This document shows positions 26,949-37,360 of a DNA stretch of 58,683 nt, in pieces. This stretch comes from a virus (taxonomy: Duplodnaviria; Caudoviricetes), in IMG/VR virus record IMGVR_UViG_3300027754_002641, positions 1 to 58,683 of that record. One strand, 5' to 3'. How positions within the stretch are numbered: position 1 is the first letter of the stretch; each line of letters opens with the position of its first letter. A program made the position numbers and the translations under genes. The notes beneath the pieces were generated by a model, which saw only the letters and a list, made by a program, of their open reading frames with translations, had not been told where the DNA came from and searched no databases.

Positions 26949-27362
26949 ATGAGCCGTCTAAGCCCACTTCGCCTTAAATCCCGAGCGCCGATTACGATCG
27001 ACGTGAAGAATCCACGCTCGGTCGGCGTTTGCGATGGCTGTGGATTTTGGACGATGCACCCCAGCTTGGTGGAAAAGAAGGAGTTCCGTGGTGGCGCGGC
27101 TCCCGTTGGTACGGGTTTTTACGTATGTGGGGTTTGCGACGATGTTCCCAATCCGTACTACTCCAAAATGGTTCTCCCGCCGGACCCGGTGCCGATCAAG
27201 AACGCGCGTCCTGAGAACTACTCCCTTGATCCAGAGCCTATGCTTTTTATTATTGCAGACTACAATATCCCTATCATAACTGGCGTTAACCCGCAGGATG
27301 CGACCAATGGTGGCTTTAACTTTCTAAGCGCCAATAACCCGTCCCTGATCCCGGTGCCCTGA
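26949..27362 (+). CDS. Conserved Zn-finger virion-region protein
   Basis: CDGCGF...VCGVCD, DPVPIKNARP. Confidence 0.65.
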   Translation: MSRLSPLRLKSRAPITIDVKNPRSVGVCDGCGFWTMHPSLVEKKEFRGGAAPVGTGFYVCGVCDDVPNPYYSKMVLPPDPVPIKNARPENYSLDPEPMLFIIADYNIPIITGVNPQDATNGGFNFLSANNPSLIPVP

Positions 27363-27943
27363 TGCCTAGCGTCCTTATCAGCGAACTAGACACATCTCCG
27401 GCGCTTGTCGGCACTGACATGCTGATGGTGCAGCATTCGGCTGGGCCTCCGGCTGAAGTCTGCACGGTGTCCCAAGTGGCGACTTATATGACGTTGGCTC
27501 ATGTTTTCGCTTATATTTCTGCCCCGGCTGCGACCACGGTTACAAGTCAAAATACCTTTTATAAGGTGGCCGGGACGACGACGCTCGGCAACGCCACACT
27601 GTTTACGATGCCAGCCAACAACCGCGTCCTTTATTCGGGAACGGCGGCGCGGGATGTGTTCCTTAACTGCTCGATCACTTTTAATTGTAGCGCAAATGCT
27701 CAAACTATTGGTTTTCAGGTCTGGAAGTTTACAGCCGCTACCAATAGCGGCGCGTACTTGACCAGCAGTTTTATGGCCAGAACGATCACGGTCGGGGCAA
27801 ATTCCGTATTCATTAGCTTGTGCGTTTCTGACACCGCGAGCACTGGCGATTATTTTGAAATCCACACCAACAACGCGACATCTGGCGGGGCTACGGTAAC
27901 TGCTCAGTATATGTCTCTAATGGTACAGGCAACATTGCAATGA
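27362..27943 (+). CDS. Thr/Ser-rich structural protein
   Basis: ISELD N-terminal motif, beta-rich composition; coupled. Confidence 0.65.
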   Translation: MPSVLISELDTSPALVGTDMLMVQHSAGPPAEVCTVSQVATYMTLAHVFAYISAPAATTVTSQNTFYKVAGTTTLGNATLFTMPANNRVLYSGTAARDVFLNCSITFNCSANAQTIGFQVWKFTAATNSGAYLTSSFMARTITVGANSVFISLCVSDTASTGDYFEIHTNNATSGGATVTAQYMSLMVQATLQ

Positions 27944-28284
27944 GTTTCACAGCAACACAGTACCTATTTAAGGCGCAATCCCTGACGGCCACGACCACGG
28001 CCACTGTCGGCGGATATACGGTTCCTGCCGCAACGCGGTTCTCCATCGTCGCGATGACTGTGGCGAATAGCTCGACCACGAACATCACCAATTACGTTGA
28101 TGTCTCGGCCTATGACGGCTCGGTGGCGTATCCGATCGTTGTGAAGATGCCGGTGTATCCAGGCGGCGCTGAAATCATCGAGGGTATTCAGAAGCACATT
28201 CTCCCGACCGGCGGCGGGATGTACGTTACGGCGTATGCCACGGCTGGCGTTTCAGTCGTGATGAGCGGAATAGAGGTGACATAA
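27940..28284 (+). CDS. Thr-rich small structural protein
   Basis: YTVPAAT...MTVAN...SGIEVT jelly-roll-like phage protein. Confidence 0.65.
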   Translation: MSFTATQYLFKAQSLTATTTATVGGYTVPAATRFSIVAMTVANSSTTNITNYVDVSAYDGSVAYPIVVKMPVYPGGAEIIEGIQKHILPTGGGMYVTAYATAGVSVVMSGIEVT

Positions 28285-28673
28285 TGGCAATCGGTAGAGG
28301 TAATAACGCGGGACCGGCGTCTGACCTGTTCCCGTTGTCTGGAGCCACAGCCTCCTCGCCAGGAATCTTGATTACGGCTACCACGGCGACTGGTGGTGGC
28401 ACTGTCGCGCACACGGCGGACGCCAACGCAACTGATGTGCCGTATATGATTATTAGCAATGTCAGCGCGGCGTCAGTGACGGTCTACGGCAACCTCGGTT
28501 CTCTCGCGACGACCGGGCAGCGATCTTGGTCTATCGCAGCCGGAGCGTTTACACCGGCCTACAGCTACGACGTTGGCATGTCTAAAAGCGGAACGTTCAG
28601 CTTTTGGTCATCGGCCACGGCTGGGGTTTACGTCACGGGTATTACCTCCCGAATTTACACGGCGACATCATAA
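28284..28673 (+). CDS. Thr/Ser-rich small structural protein
   Basis: 129 aa, coupled at both ends. Confidence 0.65.
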   Translation: MAIGRGNNAGPASDLFPLSGATASSPGILITATTATGGGTVAHTADANATDVPYMIISNVSAASVTVYGNLGSLATTGQRSWSIAAGAFTPAYSYDVGMSKSGTFSFWSSATAGVYVTGITSRIYTATS

Positions 28674-29875
28674 TGACCTTCCCTCCGCAGCCAAACTTCC
28701 CGACCCCAGCGGGCCAGCCGAATGGCCCATTGTGTTTAGTTCAGTGGTACGGAACCGGCTGTCCGCCATCGACCTTGACGGTCCCGCTGTGGGCTACCCG
28801 TGCATGGATAGGTGTGATGAGCGCCGGTGGCGGCGGCGGTGGGTCCAATACTGCAACTGACAGATGCTCCGGCGGCGGCGGCGGCGCATACGCGGAGGCT
28901 GTAAAAACAGTTTCGCCCGGCGGCACGTTGACCATCACCGTTGGCGCGGGCGGAGCGGGTGGCGCTAACGCCGCTGGGTCACAGGGCGGGACAAGCTCTG
29001 TGGCAAGCTCGTCTTTTACTACCATTAGCTGCACTGGCGGCGGTGGCGGCAATAAATCGGCTGGCACAGCCGCAGCAGCGGCGGGTGGCGCTGCGACGGG
29101 TGGCGACCTTAACTCTACCGGCGGCGCGTCTGGCGCTGTTTCCGCCAATAGTGGTGCTTCCGGCGGCGGTGCGCCCGGCCATCCAAAGGGGACCGGGGGC
29201 GCGTCTGGATTAATCAGCGCGGCTGGCCCCGCCGCCACTGGTGGTGCCGGATTGCAAGGCACATCTGGCGCTATTACGGCGGTGACAACCGCTGCTGCGA
29301 CAGGTGGCGGCGGCGTTAATTTTGGTTCCGGCTTGGTTTCTAGCGGTGCAAACACGAAGACTGCCGGTGGTGGCGCGTTCGGCGCGAGCGCGGCCAACAG
29401 TACATCCGGTGGGCTTGGATCAGTTTTAGGTGGCGCGTCTGCAAGTGGTGACAACAACACTGGCTCGGCCAACGTATCACCCACCAACAGCAACAGCGGC
29501 AGCGTCCCGCTGATCTATTTTGCGCTGACGCAGACTGGTTTTGGCAGCAATACCAACACCGTCATCACTTACGCACCGGGCGGTGGTGGTGGTAACGGGC
29601 AGACCAATTCAGCGCAAATAAGCGGGACAAACGGTATCGGCGGAGGCGGCGGCGGATCAGCCAGCAGCACAACAAATGCCAACGCGCAGACGAACACAAA
29701 TGCCACTGTGGGGCCATCGCCATTCGGCGGAGGCGGCGGTGCGTGTTCAACTTCTGGCGGCAATGGTGTCGGCGGATTTGGTGGCCTTGGCGGCGGCGGC
29801 GGCGCAGGTGTTGGGGCCGTGGGCACTGGCGGCACTGGCGGCGATGGTTACATTTTTATTCTGTTCATGGTGTAA
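28673..29875 (+). CDS. Glycine-rich tail fibre/adhesin
   Basis: Many GGGGG and GGxG motifs, VSPGGTLTITVGAGG, GGDG C-terminus. Confidence 0.8.
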   Translation: MTFPPQPNFPTPAGQPNGPLCLVQWYGTGCPPSTLTVPLWATRAWIGVMSAGGGGGGSNTATDRCSGGGGGAYAEAVKTVSPGGTLTITVGAGGAGGANAAGSQGGTSSVASSSFTTISCTGGGGGNKSAGTAAAAAGGAATGGDLNSTGGASGAVSANSGASGGGAPGHPKGTGGASGLISAAGPAATGGAGLQGTSGAITAVTTAAATGGGGVNFGSGLVSSGANTKTAGGGAFGASAANSTSGGLGSVLGGASASGDNNTGSANVSPTNSNSGSVPLIYFALTQTGFGSNTNTVITYAPGGGGGNGQTNSAQISGTNGIGGGGGGSASSTTNANAQTNTNATVGPSPFGGGGGACSTSGGNGVGGFGGLGGGGGAGVGAVGTGGTGGDGYIFILFMV

Positions 29876-29876
29876 C

Positions 29877-30323
29877 ATGCCGAGATACGCACACATTGAA
29901 AACAAATACGTCATTGATCCATATGACGCGCCGACTATCGAAGATTACAAATACCGCTTCGGAGATTTGGCTAATAGCTGGAACATCATTATTGTCCCAG
30001 AAGGGACAGAGCCGTCTGCTATTGATAACGGCGACGGTACATACACCAACCCGCCGTCTCCTCAAGCTCATGACCCTGTATACAAGGCCACCACTGAAAT
30101 CGAGTTTATCATTCTGTGCCAAGACGCTGGCGGGATGACAGACAATATGCTGGTCGCCTGCCAGGATGATCCGCGATGCAAAGCGATGTGGATTAAATTT
30201 AAGGCGTCAACGACGTTGAGCAAAGACAACGCGCTTGTTCAGTCTGGCCTGACTTCAATCGCGCAATACGGCTATCTCCCTAATGGTGTCGCGGCGGTTA
30301 ATGCTGCGTGGCCGGTGGTATAA
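29877..30323 (+). CDS. Tail fibre-associated protein
   Basis: MPRYAHIEN N-terminus, DGTYTNP; follows the Gly-rich fibre gene. Confidence 0.6.
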   Translation: MPRYAHIENKYVIDPYDAPTIEDYKYRFGDLANSWNIIIVPEGTEPSAIDNGDGTYTNPPSPQAHDPVYKATTEIEFIILCQDAGGMTDNMLVACQDDPRCKAMWIKFKASTTLSKDNALVQSGLTSIAQYGYLPNGVAAVNAAWPVV

Positions 30324-30986
30324 ATGCCTACTGCGATGACCTTTGCCAGTTTGCAAGACGACGTTCGCTCTTATTGTGAACGCGGCGGGTCATCTGTAGA
30401 CGCGCAGTTTAACGTCCAGCTTCCTGGATTTATCAATCTCAGGGAGCGCCAGATTGCTCGCGAGCTAAAAATCCAGGGGTTCATTAATAACGCAAACTCG
30501 GCGTTCACGACATCGCTGGGCGTTTACCCCAAGCCGACCGGATGGCGCGAGACAATCAGTATCAACGTCGGGACAAATATCGGCACGGCGACGACGTTTA
30601 ATACCCGCGTTTCTGTTTTGCCGCGTTCGTATGAATACGCCCGCACGTACTGGCCGGATGACGCCCAGACGGGAACGCCGAAATACTACGCGGACTATGA
30701 TTACGACCATCTTATTTTTGTGCCGACTCCATCGACCACGTTTCCGTATGAAATCAATTACTGGCAACTCCCGCCGTTGCTCGATGATACAACGCAGACG
30801 AATTGGCTGACCGAGTACGCACCCAACGCCCTACTCCACGGCACGTTGGTTGAGGCGTTCACATACCTAAAGAATCCAGAACAAGCCGCCGCTTGGTCAC
30901 AGGCTTACGACCGCGATTTGTCTGGATTGAATAACGAAGATTTGCAGAAAATTCTCGACCGTGCTCAGAAAAGGAATACGGCGTGA
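30324..30986 (+). CDS. Second adaptor/tail tubular-like protein
   Basis: GTPKYYA, FVPTP, TNWLTEYAPNALLHGTL. Confidence 0.7.
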   Translation: MPTAMTFASLQDDVRSYCERGGSSVDAQFNVQLPGFINLRERQIARELKIQGFINNANSAFTTSLGVYPKPTGWRETISINVGTNIGTATTFNTRVSVLPRSYEYARTYWPDDAQTGTPKYYADYDYDHLIFVPTPSTTFPYEINYWQLPPLLDDTTQTNWLTEYAPNALLHGTLVEAFTYLKNPEQAAAWSQAYDRDLSGLNNEDLQKILDRAQKRNTA

Positions 30987-32140
30987 CAAGTTTTACAAAC
31001 GTATTTGGCGGCGGAACGCTCGACCCGGCGCAGCCTAGCTATAAGGCTTACACGGCGTCTACCAGCATTACGTCTGTGTGGCCGATTGAAGCCGCTTCCA
31101 GCCAGAATGTTGTCGCCGCGATCAACGACATCAGTTTCACCGCTGGCTCTCTGACGTTTACACTTCCTCCGGCCAATCAGGTTTCGGTTGGCTACAATGC
31201 GCTGTTCAACAACGTCGGGTCCAACCAATTCACGGTGCTGGATAACGCCGGTAACGTCGTCGTTACGGCGACCTCCGGCGCGGCTTGGTCGGCGTATGTC
31301 ACTGACAACACCACGGCGTCAGGCGCGTACAGAACGTATCAGATGGGCGCTGGCACCTCGTCCGCCTCACCCGCTGCATTGGCTGGCCTTGGCATTAAGG
31401 CCATCACCACCACGTTGAACCAAGAGTACCCGTGCGGGTTCTCTTACAGTTCTACGCCGCAGACCATGACTACGGCCCAGCGGGCCGCGTTGGTGATCTG
31501 GACCGGCGGCGCTGGCATCTTTAACTTTAGCGCGCTGGCTACGCTTACAAGCGGCTGGTTCACAAATATCACCAACCAGGGCACTGGGGCGCTTGTACTA
31601 ACGCCGCCGAGTGGCTTGATTGACGGCGGCGCGACGAAGACGTTGAACCCCGGCGATACGGTTATCATCATTACTGATGGTAGCAATATGTATACCGTTG
31701 GTTTTGGCCAGAGCCCGGTGTTTGCGTTTAGCTACTTGACCGTCAGCCTTGCTGGGTTGAGCGGGACTTATACGTTGAGCGGCCTTGAGCTTAACAAGAC
31801 GGCGATTAAGTTTACCGGCGCTTTGGCTGGCAACATTGACGTTATCGTCCCGTCCACCGTGCAGCAGTATTGGGTTGATAACTCAACAACCGGCGCATTT
31901 ATCTTTGGCGTCAGGACGATAACCCAGGCGAGCCCTGGCGTTTCTATTACAAACTCATCGACAAGATCAATTCTTTACTCCAACGGAACGGATGTAATCC
32001 TCGCTGAGACTCTGGGACTTGGCACACCAATCCCGATTACTCAGGGCGGCACAGGCGCGACCACGGCGACCGGCGCGCAGGCAAACCTCAATGTGCCTAG
32101 CACGATTGACGCCTTTAGTTATGTGAGAATGTTCAGCTAA
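30983..32140 (+). CDS. Tail structural protein
   Basis: Beta-rich, Thr-rich; PITQGGTGATT motif. Confidence 0.65.
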   Translation: MTSFTNVFGGGTLDPAQPSYKAYTASTSITSVWPIEAASSQNVVAAINDISFTAGSLTFTLPPANQVSVGYNALFNNVGSNQFTVLDNAGNVVVTATSGAAWSAYVTDNTTASGAYRTYQMGAGTSSASPAALAGLGIKAITTTLNQEYPCGFSYSSTPQTMTTAQRAALVIWTGGAGIFNFSALATLTSGWFTNITNQGTGALVLTPPSGLIDGGATKTLNPGDTVIIITDGSNMYTVGFGQSPVFAFSYLTVSLAGLSGTYTLSGLELNKTAIKFTGALAGNIDVIVPSTVQQYWVDNSTTGAFIFGVRTITQASPGVSITNSSTRSILYSNGTDVILAETLGLGTPIPITQGGTGATTATGAQANLNVPSTIDAFSYVRMFS

Positions 32141-33981
32141 TGGCTGACCTGACGCCTCTCAAGGTAGCCTCTCAGCCTGGGTGTAAACGCGACGGTACAC
32201 TTCTGGAGGGGGAGAACTATGTCGATACGCAATGGTGCCGCTTCCAGTTACGTAAGGGCCTGCCGCGCAAGATGGGCGGCTATCGCCGTCTAACGGATGA
32301 ACTGTCTGGGATTTCCAGAGGGCTCAACGTCTTTAACAGCGACACAAATACTTACACCCACACCGGCTGGTCCGGCGGGGTGCAACGGTTTTTGATAAAC
32401 CAAACCGGCGGCGTATCTGCCATCGCGGATAGAACGCCAGTCGGGTTCGCGGTTAGCGATAACAATGTTTGGCAGTTCGACACGCTATATGACGGGGCAG
32501 CTACAAGCTCTGTTCTGCTTGCTCACGCTGGGCCGAACCTGGCTGACATAACATCCTCCACTGATACCCCCGTTTATTACGGCGACGTTCTTACTTCCAC
32601 AGCCTTAGTGGCTACTGGGTCGCCCTCGGTGGCTGGCGGCGTATTTGCGCTCAATCCGTTTGCCGTCAGCTATGGACATGATGGCGTTGTGAACGTAAGC
32701 CTCGAAAATGATGTGGTGACACCATGGCCCAACTCGTACCGGCCAACGGCGTCTAAGCTGGTGTACGGATTGCCTGTGCGGGCCGGTGCGGGCAACGGCC
32801 CTTCCGGCTTGATCTGGGGCGTCGAATCCCTTGTCCGCATGACGTATGTGGGCGGCACTACGTTGTTCAACTTCGACAACATCACCTCCGCCTATAGCTT
32901 GCTATCCTCACAGTCCGTCATTGAGTACGACGGCATTTATTACTGGGCTGGCATAGATCACTTTTTGAGTTTTAACGGCGTTATTCAAGAACTTGAAAAC
33001 GGCATGAACCTTAATTGGTTCTACGACAACCTGAATTACAACCAGTCCCAGAAGGTGTTTGCCTTCAAGATTCCGCGTTGGGGTGAAATCTGGTGGTGCT
33101 ATCCGCGTGGTGATGCTACGGAATGTACCCATGCCGTAATTTACAACGTGCGGCTTTCGCGCATTTTGGGGTATGCGGTTTGGTACGACACCGAACTCCC
33201 GAACGCGGGCCGCTCCACCGGCCAGTTCGCGCGGGTGTTCCGTTCGCCGTTGATGACCGGTGTTGATCCGGTCCCCAACAAGGCTGTCGTGTCCTTGGCG
33301 GTTACGACTGCCAGCACGTCCGCTGCCAGTTACAATATCGTCCTTAACGGCGCAACAGCCGTTAATGTTACGGCGACCAACAACGGCTCGCTGACGACTA
33401 CGGCGCAGCAAATTGCGGCGGGCACCTACTCCGGCTGGACGGCTGTGCAAAATGCCACATCCGTTATCTTTACCTCCACAACCGCTGGGTCAAAGACCGG
33501 CTCTTACAGCCTTGCCCAATCCGGCGCTGGCGTACCAGCCGTGGGGACATTTACAACCATTAATTCCGGCGCTTCACGGTACAAGCTTTGGCAGCAGGAA
33601 TTTGGCACCGACGAAGTGGACGGCATTCAAACCCTGGCCGTGCAGTCGTACTTTGAAACCAACGCTATCTGGCCAGCCGAGATGCAGGGCAGTAGCAATA
33701 AGGGCTTGTACGTTGATTACTTTGAGCCGGATTTTGTGCAATCGGGGGATATGACCGTCCAAGTTACCGGCTCGTATTCCAATGCCCGCGCTCCACAGGC
33801 CAGTAGCGACCCCATAACGTTCCCCGCGACGGCGACCTCGGCTGATGAACAGGTTGTTTACATCCGTGAGCAACGCCGCCAGATGCGGTTTAGATTTGAA
33901 AGCAACGTCGTGGGCGGCAACTACGAGATGGGAGATACGGTGGCCCAAGTCCGCCCGGCGGACGGCAGGATCACCTCCTAA
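32140..33981 (+). CDS. Tail nozzle/stabilisation protein (P22 gp10-like) with inserted domain
   Basis: PGCKRDGT, GLPRKMGG, EIWWCYP, FEPDFVQSG, DGR C-terminus. Confidence 0.7.
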   Translation: MADLTPLKVASQPGCKRDGTLLEGENYVDTQWCRFQLRKGLPRKMGGYRRLTDELSGISRGLNVFNSDTNTYTHTGWSGGVQRFLINQTGGVSAIADRTPVGFAVSDNNVWQFDTLYDGAATSSVLLAHAGPNLADITSSTDTPVYYGDVLTSTALVATGSPSVAGGVFALNPFAVSYGHDGVVNVSLENDVVTPWPNSYRPTASKLVYGLPVRAGAGNGPSGLIWGVESLVRMTYVGGTTLFNFDNITSAYSLLSSQSVIEYDGIYYWAGIDHFLSFNGVIQELENGMNLNWFYDNLNYNQSQKVFAFKIPRWGEIWWCYPRGDATECTHAVIYNVRLSRILGYAVWYDTELPNAGRSTGQFARVFRSPLMTGVDPVPNKAVVSLAVTTASTSAASYNIVLNGATAVNVTATNNGSLTTTAQQIAAGTYSGWTAVQNATSVIFTSTTAGSKTGSYSLAQSGAGVPAVGTFTTINSGASRYKLWQQEFGTDEVDGIQTLAVQSYFETNAIWPAEMQGSSNKGLYVDYFEPDFVQSGDMTVQVTGSYSNARAPQASSDPITFPATATSADEQVVYIREQRRQMRFRFESNVVGGNYEMGDTVAQVRPADGRITS

Positions 33982-34226
33982 TGGGCGTCAACGTCATATC
34001 CCCACAGGGGCTTAATGCCGTGGAATGGACCGGGGCTATGGCCATGTATATGGACGAGTTTGGTGTTTTGCCGTCCATCCAGAGGCCGGAGGACTGGCGA
34101 ATCTGGGGGTCTGCGGCGTTACTTTTATCTTCTTTGAATGGTATAGTTCTGCCCAATCCATACGACTTTTCGGACTTTGATACCTGGGCGCAACGATTTA
34201 TCCAAATCTTAGCGAGTAAGCCATGA
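33981..34226 (+). CDS. Conserved hypothetical protein
   Basis: PEDWRIWG, PNPYDFSDFDTWAQRF. Confidence 0.65.
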   Translation: MGVNVISPQGLNAVEWTGAMAMYMDEFGVLPSIQRPEDWRIWGSAALLLSSLNGIVLPNPYDFSDFDTWAQRFIQILASKP

Positions 34227-35557
34227 CTATGGGATTGGTAGACGCCGCGCAGCAGATCGAGCAGCAGGGGCGCGGACCCGACACAAGCCTCGCGCACATC
34301 TCGCCTGACGAGTCCGCGATGCTGGATTACATGCAGGGCGGTCGCCGGACCAACCCCGTGACCGGGCTGGCCGAATACAGCCTGTTCGGGAAGATTCTAA
34401 AGGCCGTAGCCAAGATCGGCGCGTCAGCGGTCGGCTTTATGTACGGTGGTCCCTTGGGTGCTGCCGCTGCCAGTGCGGCGGTTTCCAAGCTCACTGGCGA
34501 CTCTTGGAAGGGCGCTCTTACCACAGGTGCCATCTCGGGCCTAACGGCTGGGCTGGGCAGCTACGCGGCGGGGACGAAATTTGCCGATCTGGCGACGACT
34601 ACTGGCAACAACATTGTTTCCAATGCGGCTAGTTCCGGCGCACTAGCTGCCTCGCAGGGCGCGGCGAGTGGCACGGCTGGAGCAGCCGCAGCCGCGCCGG
34701 GGTCATCTTTGTCGAGTGGGCTGACTGATTGGGGGACGTTAGCCGCCCCTGCCTCCTCCCCAGGGGCATTTGCAGCCGGAGCCGCTCCGTACACTGTCCC
34801 CGCTTCGCTCAGCGCAGCCGCGCCTAGCGCATCGTCTAGTATTTTAACAGCCGGTGCTCCCACACTTACCGCCCCTGGAGCCACTGCCGGAGCAGCCGCG
34901 TCCGCCGCCAAGGAAGCGCCGCTGGCGGTATCTCAATCTGCTATGAATGCTGCCGGAGCGGCTTCCCCCTCATTTGGCCAGACGCTTACCAACACCGGCA
35001 CGTTTGCCCGGCTTAACCCGCTTACGTCATTGAGCATGGCTGCGCCCCCGGTTATGGAGGCGTTCCAGAACAACGGTAACGGTCCACCGCCGTCTGGCCT
35101 GCTTGCGGCGCTGCCATATGATCCTAGTGCGGTTGCGCCTTGGCAACGCGGCGGCGACACTGAATTGCGTAGATACCTCTCGCAGCAGCCCCAGCAGCCA
35201 TCTCCAATGGATACTTTCCAGAGCTTGGGTGGTGGGTACGCCGATGGCGGCGATGTTGGTCTGGGTATGCCGCCGTCTGCCGCAATCCCGCAATCAGTTC
35301 GCTTTAACACCCGCCACGGCGGAACCGTTAAGGGCGCTGGCGACGGCAAGAGCGACGACATTCCGGCGATGCTGTCGAACGGCGAGCATGTTTTCGACGC
35401 GGCTACGGTTTCCGATTTGGGTAACGGCGACAACGATACGGGCCAGAAGCGGCTTGAGGAAATCAAACAAAAGATTCGCAGCAATGCTGGTCGCAAGAAT
35501 CCCAAAACTGCATCGCCTAAGCAAAAGGGACTTGGTTCCCTTTTGAGAACTGGTTGA
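34223..35557 (+). CDS. Internal virion/ejection protein 1
   Basis: GRGPDTSLAHI...NPVTGLAEY; hydrophobic Gly/Ala segments; GDGKSDDIPAMLSNGEHV. Confidence 0.7.
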   Translation: MTMGLVDAAQQIEQQGRGPDTSLAHISPDESAMLDYMQGGRRTNPVTGLAEYSLFGKILKAVAKIGASAVGFMYGGPLGAAAASAAVSKLTGDSWKGALTTGAISGLTAGLGSYAAGTKFADLATTTGNNIVSNAASSGALAASQGAASGTAGAAAAAPGSSLSSGLTDWGTLAAPASSPGAFAAGAAPYTVPASLSAAAPSASSSILTAGAPTLTAPGATAGAAASAAKEAPLAVSQSAMNAAGAASPSFGQTLTNTGTFARLNPLTSLSMAAPPVMEAFQNNGNGPPPSGLLAALPYDPSAVAPWQRGGDTELRRYLSQQPQQPSPMDTFQSLGGGYADGGDVGLGMPPSAAIPQSVRFNTRHGGTVKGAGDGKSDDIPAMLSNGEHVFDAATVSDLGNGDNDTGQKRLEEIKQKIRSNAGRKNPKTASPKQKGLGSLLRTG

Positions 35558-35572
35558 GCGTAGGAGTCGATA

Positions 35573-37360
35573 ATGGGTACTAATACTAATTACGACGTTC
35601 AAACGCAAACCACGACGGCGTTGCCCGATCCGGCAACGCAAGCGTTTCGCAATTCTATTTTCCCAACGATTACGTCGCTGGCTCAGGCTACTCCCACGGT
35701 TTACGGCGCTACTTGGGGCGAGAATAAGCCGAAGATGGGTGCAGACGGCAACCAAGTTTTAGATCAAAAAGGGCGTCCCGTTTTTGTAGACGCGCAGGGT
35801 AATGATACTACCGTAACGGGAAATTGGGCGCAAAATGCAAACCAGCACCTTACGGCTGAGACCAACGACGCTACATTGGCTGGTCAGCAGGCCCTTCGTG
35901 GTCTGTCTGGTGGCAACGCCGCGCCTTATGGTGCGGCTGCGAGTGCCTATCAGAACGCTGGGAATACGGACATCTACGGCGCTGGCGCTCCGTCCTATGG
36001 GCAGGCGTCTGACTATTATAAACAGGCAGCAGCCGGACAGTCAGGACTAGCGGGACAGGGCCAGTTCGATCAAGCGACCGGCCTATATAACCAGGCGGCA
36101 GGCACTAATACGGCCAACGTGTTTAGCCCTTACGCAGCCCAAGCGCAGGGCTTATACGGGCAGGCTGTTGGACAGTATGGTCAGGCTGTTGGACAGTATG
36201 GTCAGGCTGCTGGACAGTATGGTCAGGCTGCTAATATGTATGGCCAGTCAACAAACGCTCTAGGGCTGTCCTCGGCGTCCCCGTACCTGCAAGCTGCGGG
36301 ACAGACATCCGCTCAACAGGTTGGCCAGTACATGAATCCGTACAACCAAGCCGTTACGGATCAGATCGCCAAGCTTGGCGCTCGCAATTTGTCTGAGAAT
36401 ATCCTGCCTCAGATTAGCAGCGACTTTATCAAGGCTGGCGGCTACGGCTCGACCCGTCAACGCGATCTGGTCGGGCGCGCTGCGCGTGACACGCAGGAGA
36501 GCATCCTTAACCAGCAGGCCCAAGCCTTGCAGTCTGGATACGGACAGGCCCTCGGTGCGTCTTCGGCCGACCTGGCGCGTCAGGCGCAGCTTGCCGGTAC
36601 GGCGGGCGGTTTGGGTACGCAGCAGCAGCAGATTCTACAGGGTGCCGCTGGTGGCTACGGCAACGTAGCGTCCGGCTACGGCAACGTAGCGTCCGGCCTT
36701 GGCAACGTAGCGTCCGGCCTTGGCAACCTTGGCAGCGCCAATGCCGCGCTTGGCTCTACCGCAGCCGGGCTTGTCGGGTCAGACGCCAACCGTCAGTTAC
36801 AGGCCGGGCAGGGCATCCAGAGCATTGGTCAGGCTAACATCCAGGCTAGCCAAAACGACTTGGCCCGCGCCCTTGCGGCTGGTCAGGGGATGGCCGGTGT
36901 CGGTGCAGGGTTGGGTAATCTGGCACAGGCTAACCAATCCGGTCAGTTGGCTGTGGGCGCTGGCCAAGTTGGCCTTGCTGAATCTCAAGGCGCTGCGGAC
37001 CTGCGCCGAGCGGGTGGCCTGACGGCGGCTGGAGAGAGCATCCAGGGGCAAGCCCAGCGTGTGATCGACGCTGACCGGGGATTGGTCTCGGCAGAGCAGC
37101 AAGCTCCGTTTTATAACGTTGGGCAGGCTACTTCTATTGCTGGCGGAGCACCTGCTTCTGGGACGAATACAACTCAAACCACATCAACGCCGTCCGCCAG
37201 TTTGTCCAGCACCCTGTTAGGTGCGGGCGCTACGATCGCGGGCGGTGTGTTGGCCGCTAGAAAGGCCAAGGGTGGGGCGATCAAGAAAGGCTCGTTAAAA
37301 AAGGCCAGCTACGGCAATCTCCCTAGCCGTGGTCTTGGCATGTTTGCGAGGGCTTCATAA
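35573..37360 (+). CDS. Internal virion/ejection protein 2 (Gln/Gly/Ala-rich)
   Basis: YMNPYNQAV, AGGYGSTRQ; heptad tandem repeats. Confidence 0.7.
   Translation: MGTNTNYDVQTQTTTALPDPATQAFRNSIFPTITSLAQATPTVYGATWGENKPKMGADGNQVLDQKGRPVFVDAQGNDTTVTGNWAQNANQHLTAETNDATLAGQQALRGLSGGNAAPYGAAASAYQNAGNTDIYGAGAPSYGQASDYYKQAAAGQSGLAGQGQFDQATGLYNQAAGTNTANVFSPYAAQAQGLYGQAVGQYGQAVGQYGQAAGQYGQAANMYGQSTNALGLSSASPYLQAAGQTSAQQVGQYMNPYNQAVTDQIAKLGARNLSENILPQISSDFIKAGGYGSTRQRDLVGRAARDTQESILNQQAQALQSGYGQALGASSADLARQAQLAGTAGGLGTQQQQILQGAAGGYGNVASGYGNVASGLGNVASGLGNLGSANAALGSTAAGLVGSDANRQLQAGQGIQSIGQANIQASQNDLARALAAGQGMAGVGAGLGNLAQANQSGQLAVGAGQVGLAESQGAADLRRAGGLTAAGESIQGQAQRVIDADRGLVSAEQQAPFYNVGQATSIAGGAPASGTNTTQTTSTPSASLSSTLLGAGATIAGGVLAARKAKGGAIKKGSLKKASYGNLPSRGLGMFARAS
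36153..36245 (+). repeat. 21-bp coding tandem repeat (GQAVGQY)
   Basis: ggtcaggctgttggacagtat-like units, about 4 copies. Confidence 0.85.
36653..36727 (+). repeat. 21-bp coding tandem repeat (G[Y/L]GNVAS)
   Basis: ggcaacgtagcgtccggc units x3. Confidence 0.85.
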
